Positions 60,300 through 64,000 of a DNA stretch of 64,000 bases are shown piece after piece. The notes under the pieces were generated by a model, which made no database searches, was not told the DNA's origin, and was given only the letters and a program-made list of their open reading frames with translations. Position numbers and translations under genes: made by a program. Where the stretch lies: the NCBI GenBank assembly GCA_963790475.1, contig CAWBOS010000010.1, positions 160,001-224,000 of the forward strand, read 5' to 3'. The first letter of the stretch is position 1. Each line of letters opens with the position of its first letter. This stretch comes from an uncultured delta proteobacterium. Its GTDB lineage: Bacteria > Desulfobacterota > RBG-13-43-22.

Positions 60300-60860
60300 A
60301 TGGTGAAAAAAATCATCCATCTGGTCATTGGGTTAACCTTTTTTTTGTTCTTCTACGACTTTAATTATCAGAAATGCTCGGCAATGGAAGGAGGAAGAAA
60401 GATGCAAATAACCAGTTCCACTTTTGTAGAGGGTAGTATTATACCATCTAAATTTTCCTGTGATGGCCAGGATATTTCACCTCCATTAGAATGGAAAGAT
60501 ATTCCCGTTGGTACGAAAAGTTTTGCTCTGATCAGCGATGATCCGGATGCTCCTATGGGAACATGGGTTCATTGGGTCGTCTATAATATTCCTCCAAAAA
60601 TCACACGATTTGACGAAAACGTGAAACCCGAAAAGGAATTTAAGAATGGTATGAAACAGGGTAACAATAGTTGGCCTAAAATTGGATATGGTGGTCCCTG
60701 TCCACCAAGTGGCACACATAGATATTTTTTTAAATTATATGCTCTGGACACGATACTGGACCTGAGATCGGGAGCTACTAAAGTTCAATTACTAGAGGCA
60801 ATGAAAGGACATGTCCTTGCCGAAGCCCAATTGATGGGAAAATATAAAAGACAACGATAA
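60300..60860 (+). CDS. YbhB/YbcL (PEBP) family protein
   Basis: DDPDAP..TWVHWV and YGGPCPPSGTHRY.F motifs. Confidence 0.92.
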   Translation: MVKKIIHLVIGLTFFLFFYDFNYQKCSAMEGGRKMQITSSTFVEGSIIPSKFSCDGQDISPPLEWKDIPVGTKSFALISDDPDAPMGTWVHWVVYNIPPKITRFDENVKPEKEFKNGMKQGNNSWPKIGYGGPCPPSGTHRYFFKLYALDTILDLRSGATKVQLLEAMKGHVLAEAQLMGKYKRQR

Positions 60861-61090
60861 TGATTACCCTGGGTCCGATTTGATTTTCTTCTAAGGTTTC
60901 TATTCTACCTTCTCAAATAAGTTAAATGGGTCAAATGGGGGGCAGACCAGACCAAGGAATTGAACTCTCAATGAATCAAATAAAAAATGATGGGTAAAAG
61001 GACTTTAAAGTGCTCTTTTTATCCCCTCAAAGAAGGTTATTAGTCTGGCGCAGGTTAAACAAATGTTATATCCACTACCAATGGAGAACT

Positions 61091-62224
61091 ATGATGGCTG
61101 ACAAGAAAATGGATCTGGCCGGGCCGGGCATCGGCACTTATGAGGAGGTGGAGAAAAGCCTTCCCCACAATTATAAGACCTTGTTGGGTCCCAAGGACAG
61201 GATGCAGGCCCTATTCAAGATAAAGAAATTTATTGAGGAGAACCTCTGCCGGGAACTCAACCTTTTTATGGTTCAGGTTCCGCTCATCGTAACCAAGGCC
61301 AGCGGTGTCAATGATTACCTGGACCGGGATGGTTCACGCTCGCCCGTTGAATTTTTCTGTGGACTCGGTCTTGAAAAAAGGATCGAGGCTCAAGTGGTCC
61401 AGGCGGCCACCAAATGGAAACGGCTGGCCTTGAAGCAGTTCGACTGTGAAGTGGGCGAAGGGATTTGTACCGATATGAGGGCGGTTAGAAAGGATTATTT
61501 CCTGGACCATGACCATAGCGCCTATGTCGATCAATGGGATTGGGAACGGGTTATCACCAAGGAAATGCGTAATCTGGATTTTCTGCGGGATATCGTTGAG
61601 AGAATCTGGTCGGTGATCTATGAGGCCGGTCGGATGGTCAGGAAAGACTTCCCCGCGCTCAATACCGGTGATTATTCGGATATACCCAAGAAGCTGAAAT
61701 TTTTTCACGCGGAGGAAATCCTGGAACGCTATCCGGACCTGACCCGCAAACAGCGAGAGACAAAAATGGTCCAGGAGGTGCATCCGGCGGTCTTTATCAT
61801 AGGAATCGGCTATGTCCTGGAGGACGGTTATCCCCATGAGATGCGGGCCGCGGATTATGACGACTGGATCTCGCCTACCATTAAAAAGAACGGAAGGCAA
61901 TTCCATGGACTCAACGGTGATATCCTGGTCTGGAATCCGGTAACGAAGCGTCGCCACGAACTGACCTCCATGGGGATACGGGTGACTAAAGAGACCCTGG
62001 TACAGCAGCTCAAAGAGACCGGACAGGAACATTTTTTACAGTTGCCCTACCACCAGGCGATTCTCAAGGATGAGATACCCTTAAGTATCGGAGGCGGTAT
62101 CGGTCAGTCCCGGACCTTTATGTACCTGTTAAGGACCGCCCATCTTGGCGAGGTGAGCACCACAGTCTGGCCTGATGTCCTTAAATCGATTTGTAAAAGA
62201 AAGAATATCCAGGTATTGGAATAA
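61091..62224 (+). CDS. asnA: aspartate--ammonia ligase
   Basis: HSAYVDQWDWE, RAADYDDW, GLNGDI, EL.SMGIRV and SIGGGIGQSR motifs. Confidence 0.93.
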   Translation: MMADKKMDLAGPGIGTYEEVEKSLPHNYKTLLGPKDRMQALFKIKKFIEENLCRELNLFMVQVPLIVTKASGVNDYLDRDGSRSPVEFFCGLGLEKRIEAQVVQAATKWKRLALKQFDCEVGEGICTDMRAVRKDYFLDHDHSAYVDQWDWERVITKEMRNLDFLRDIVERIWSVIYEAGRMVRKDFPALNTGDYSDIPKKLKFFHAEEILERYPDLTRKQRETKMVQEVHPAVFIIGIGYVLEDGYPHEMRAADYDDWISPTIKKNGRQFHGLNGDILVWNPVTKRRHELTSMGIRVTKETLVQQLKETGQEHFLQLPYHQAILKDEIPLSIGGGIGQSRTFMYLLRTAHLGEVSTTVWPDVLKSICKRKNIQVLE

Positions 62225-62359
62225 GACTTAGAGAAAAATCAGATAGGAGGTTGATGGAAACCTATTTCCTGGAGACAAGCTATCCTGGCCCGACCCCATG
62301 CAACTCTTTACACTCATAGCTGATTCCGGTTCCATGCAGGAAGGCCACACAGTTATATC

Positions 62360-62542
62360 TTGGCTGAGTATGCTCGTCATACTCTGAGAAAGGACAAGAG
62401 GCTGAATATAAGGATTTCTGAGAGAGACCTCATAGAGTTGCAGAGAAAGGCTGTCAAAGAAGGTTTGCCGTATCAGACGTATGTGTCAAGTATCATTCAC
62501 AAATTGATTAATGGAACGCTGGTTGAAGGAACGACAAAATAG
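62360..62542 (+). pseudogene. 5'-truncated RHH/CopG-type antitoxin
   Basis: KDKRLNIRISERDL...KA..EGLPYQT; no clear RBS or N-terminus; followed by a half attC-like sequence (62555-62598). Confidence 0.6.
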
Positions 62543-62786
62543 GGGCCGGCGATTGGCCGGCAAATGGATGCAGCCAATCGGCGATAAAGCGGCCTCCCGA
62601 AATCCAAATCCATAATAATGACAAGATCTTGATCAAGACATGGCCGTGGGGGTTAAATCCCAAAAAATATCCAGAGGTTTGGACGGGGACGATGACTCCG
62701 GGGACCGTTTTGTTTTTTGATTTTTAGGCAAGGTTGGATTTTTTCAAAAATCAAACAGGAAAGGTGATTAGCTTGAAGAAACAGCC

Positions 62787-62814
62787 TTGACATCCCCCCA
62801 TCAAGCATTATCAT
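62787..62814 (+). promoter_or_regulatory. sigma70 promoter of the selenopeptide candidate
   Basis: TTGACA-16-TATCAT. Confidence 0.6.
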
Positions 62815-62849
62815 TAATTAAACCTTTACGAGAAGGGAGGTGGATCGGG

Positions 62850-62987
62850 ATGATCAATAAGTTGAGCCCTAAGGTCAAGGCCAAGGAAGCTGCCTACTGG
62901 GATAAAGTTAAGAAGGTCTGGAAAGAAAATCCTGGGAAGGTATGCCACAAGTGAAAGAGTTGAAAATCTTGAACGTTGCTTGGATAG
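62850..62987 (+). CDS. candidate multi-selenocysteine peptide (45 aa, CxxUxxUxxU)
   Basis: AAGGGAGGTG RBS; MINKLSPKVKAKEAAYWDKVKKVWKENPGKVCHK-TGA-KS-TGA-KS-TGA-TLLG-TAG; hairpin at 62974-62992. Confidence 0.6.
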
Positions 62988-62997
62988 CAACGCAAAC

Positions 62998-63050
62998 GAA
63001 GGGCGGATAGGCAGTAGGGTAATCCAATAGGCTTATCCGCCCTCTTCTTT
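62998..63050 (+). terminator. terminator-like hairpin
   Basis: GGGCGGATAGGC...GCTTATCCGCCC followed by TCTTCTTT. Confidence 0.65.
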
Positions 63051-63276
63051 ATTAGAATCCGCTTTGCATCCCGGGTAAAAAGTATTTTCAAGCTTATTTT
63101 GAAATCCTTATCAAGTCTGAAATTCAAATTCTAAACCCAAAACGAACCAGTCGCATGTTAACTCATCACTCTTTTGATTTTTTTATTCAATGGCATTTGA
63201 CCGGGCGGTGTAATCTCAGGATGGGGTGTTCTCCACAAAAGCCATAAAAAAATATCTTTGGCGGAAGGGAAATGTC

Positions 63277-64000
63277 ATGAAAAGCTATGAAGTCATTATC
63301 ATCGGGGCAGGAGATGTCGGGTTAGGGTTGGCTTTTAAGGCCGCTGAACAAGGTTTAAAAGTGGCTCTTATCGATAAGGGAATGGTGGGGGGGACCTGTG
63401 TTAATTATGGTTGTGTGCCTTCGAAAACGTTGATCATTACGGCGGACCGAATTATGGAGATTCGAGAAGCCGCAAGATTGGGTATCAGCACCCAAATAAT
63501 CGATATTGATTTCAAGGCGATCATGGGGCGGATGAGAATGGCCGTCACCAGCGGTAGAAAGGGGATTGAAACGGCCATCCAAGAGACTGAAAATCTCGAT
63601 TTTATAAACAGAGAGGGACATTTCATCGATGAGCATACCTTGGAAGTGGGGGATGAAAAGATAAGAGGGAAGAAAATTTTTATCGTTAGCGGTGCTCGTC
63701 CTTCGATTCCTTTACTACCAGGACTGGACAGGATTCATTATCTGACCAATGAGACGGTCCTGGAACTTGAGAAAAGACCGGAGAGCCTCATTTTTATCGG
63801 TGCCGGATATGTCGGGCTGGAATACGCCCATTTTTTTTCGGTTTTGGGCACCAAGGTAACCATCATACACAGCCATTCGACCTTCCTGCCTTTTGAAGAA
63901 CCGGAAATATCCGAATTGCTGAAAAAGGAAATGGAAAAAACTATCGAACTGCATTTGGGGGTCGAAACGCAAGAAGTGAGACAGACCGCAGGCGGTTATA
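63277..64000 (+). CDS. pyridine nucleotide-disulfide oxidoreductase (Lpd/MerA family), partial
   Basis: IIGAG, GGTCVNYGCVPSK redox motif and IGAGYVGLE; runs off the window end. Confidence 0.92.
   Translation, partial: MKSYEVIIIGAGDVGLGLAFKAAEQGLKVALIDKGMVGGTCVNYGCVPSKTLIITADRIMEIREAARLGISTQIIDIDFKAIMGRMRMAVTSGRKGIETAIQETENLDFINREGHFIDEHTLEVGDEKIRGKKIFIVSGARPSIPLLPGLDRIHYLTNETVLELEKRPESLIFIGAGYVGLEYAHFFSVLGTKVTIIHSHSTFLPFEEPEISELLKKEMEKTIELHLGVETQEVRQTAGGY

Noticed and set aside
1-64000. CRISPR array, rRNA or tRNA genes
   Set aside because: No regularly spaced 23-47-bp repeats and no recognisable rRNA or cloverleaf signatures were seen by eye.

Overview
Bacterial chromosome segment; gene content suggests an anaerobic deltaproteobacterium/Desulfobacterota (inference). 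A short housekeeping block (panD-panC with a pan RNA motif and terminator; pyrB-pyrC-sigma54 regulator with a pyrL-like attenuator) precedes about 55 kb of heavily rearranged accessory DNA. This includes a TetR-controlled transport/catabolic island (histidine/serine-type decarboxylase, two Spinster-like MFS, M28 hydrolase, porin, sphingosine-1-phosphate-lyase-like enzyme, amidohydrolase), toxin-antitoxin modules, a duplicated B12-radical SAM gene, a PHP-ATPase (Ppl/TrlF-like) candidate defence gene, an IS481-like element, a PAS/HD-GYP/kinase signalling cluster and asnA. It also carries many MITE/REP-like repeats and internally deleted gene remnants. Four observations stand out. (1) An unannotated, independently transcribed 45-codon ORF at 62850-62987 reads C-x2-U-x2-U-x2-U (three in-frame TGA) and has a SECIS-like hairpin: a candidate multi-selenocysteine peptide. 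(2) Three collapsed tyrosine-integrase stubs end their shared homology at a GTTRRRY-like core, resembling integron platforms. (3) Two paralogous His-bearing membrane microproteins lie at 9223-9439. (4) An S1P-lyase/Spinster island may encode aminolipid catabolism. No rRNA, tRNA or CRISPR array was recognised. Family assignments come from motif recognition, not database searches.
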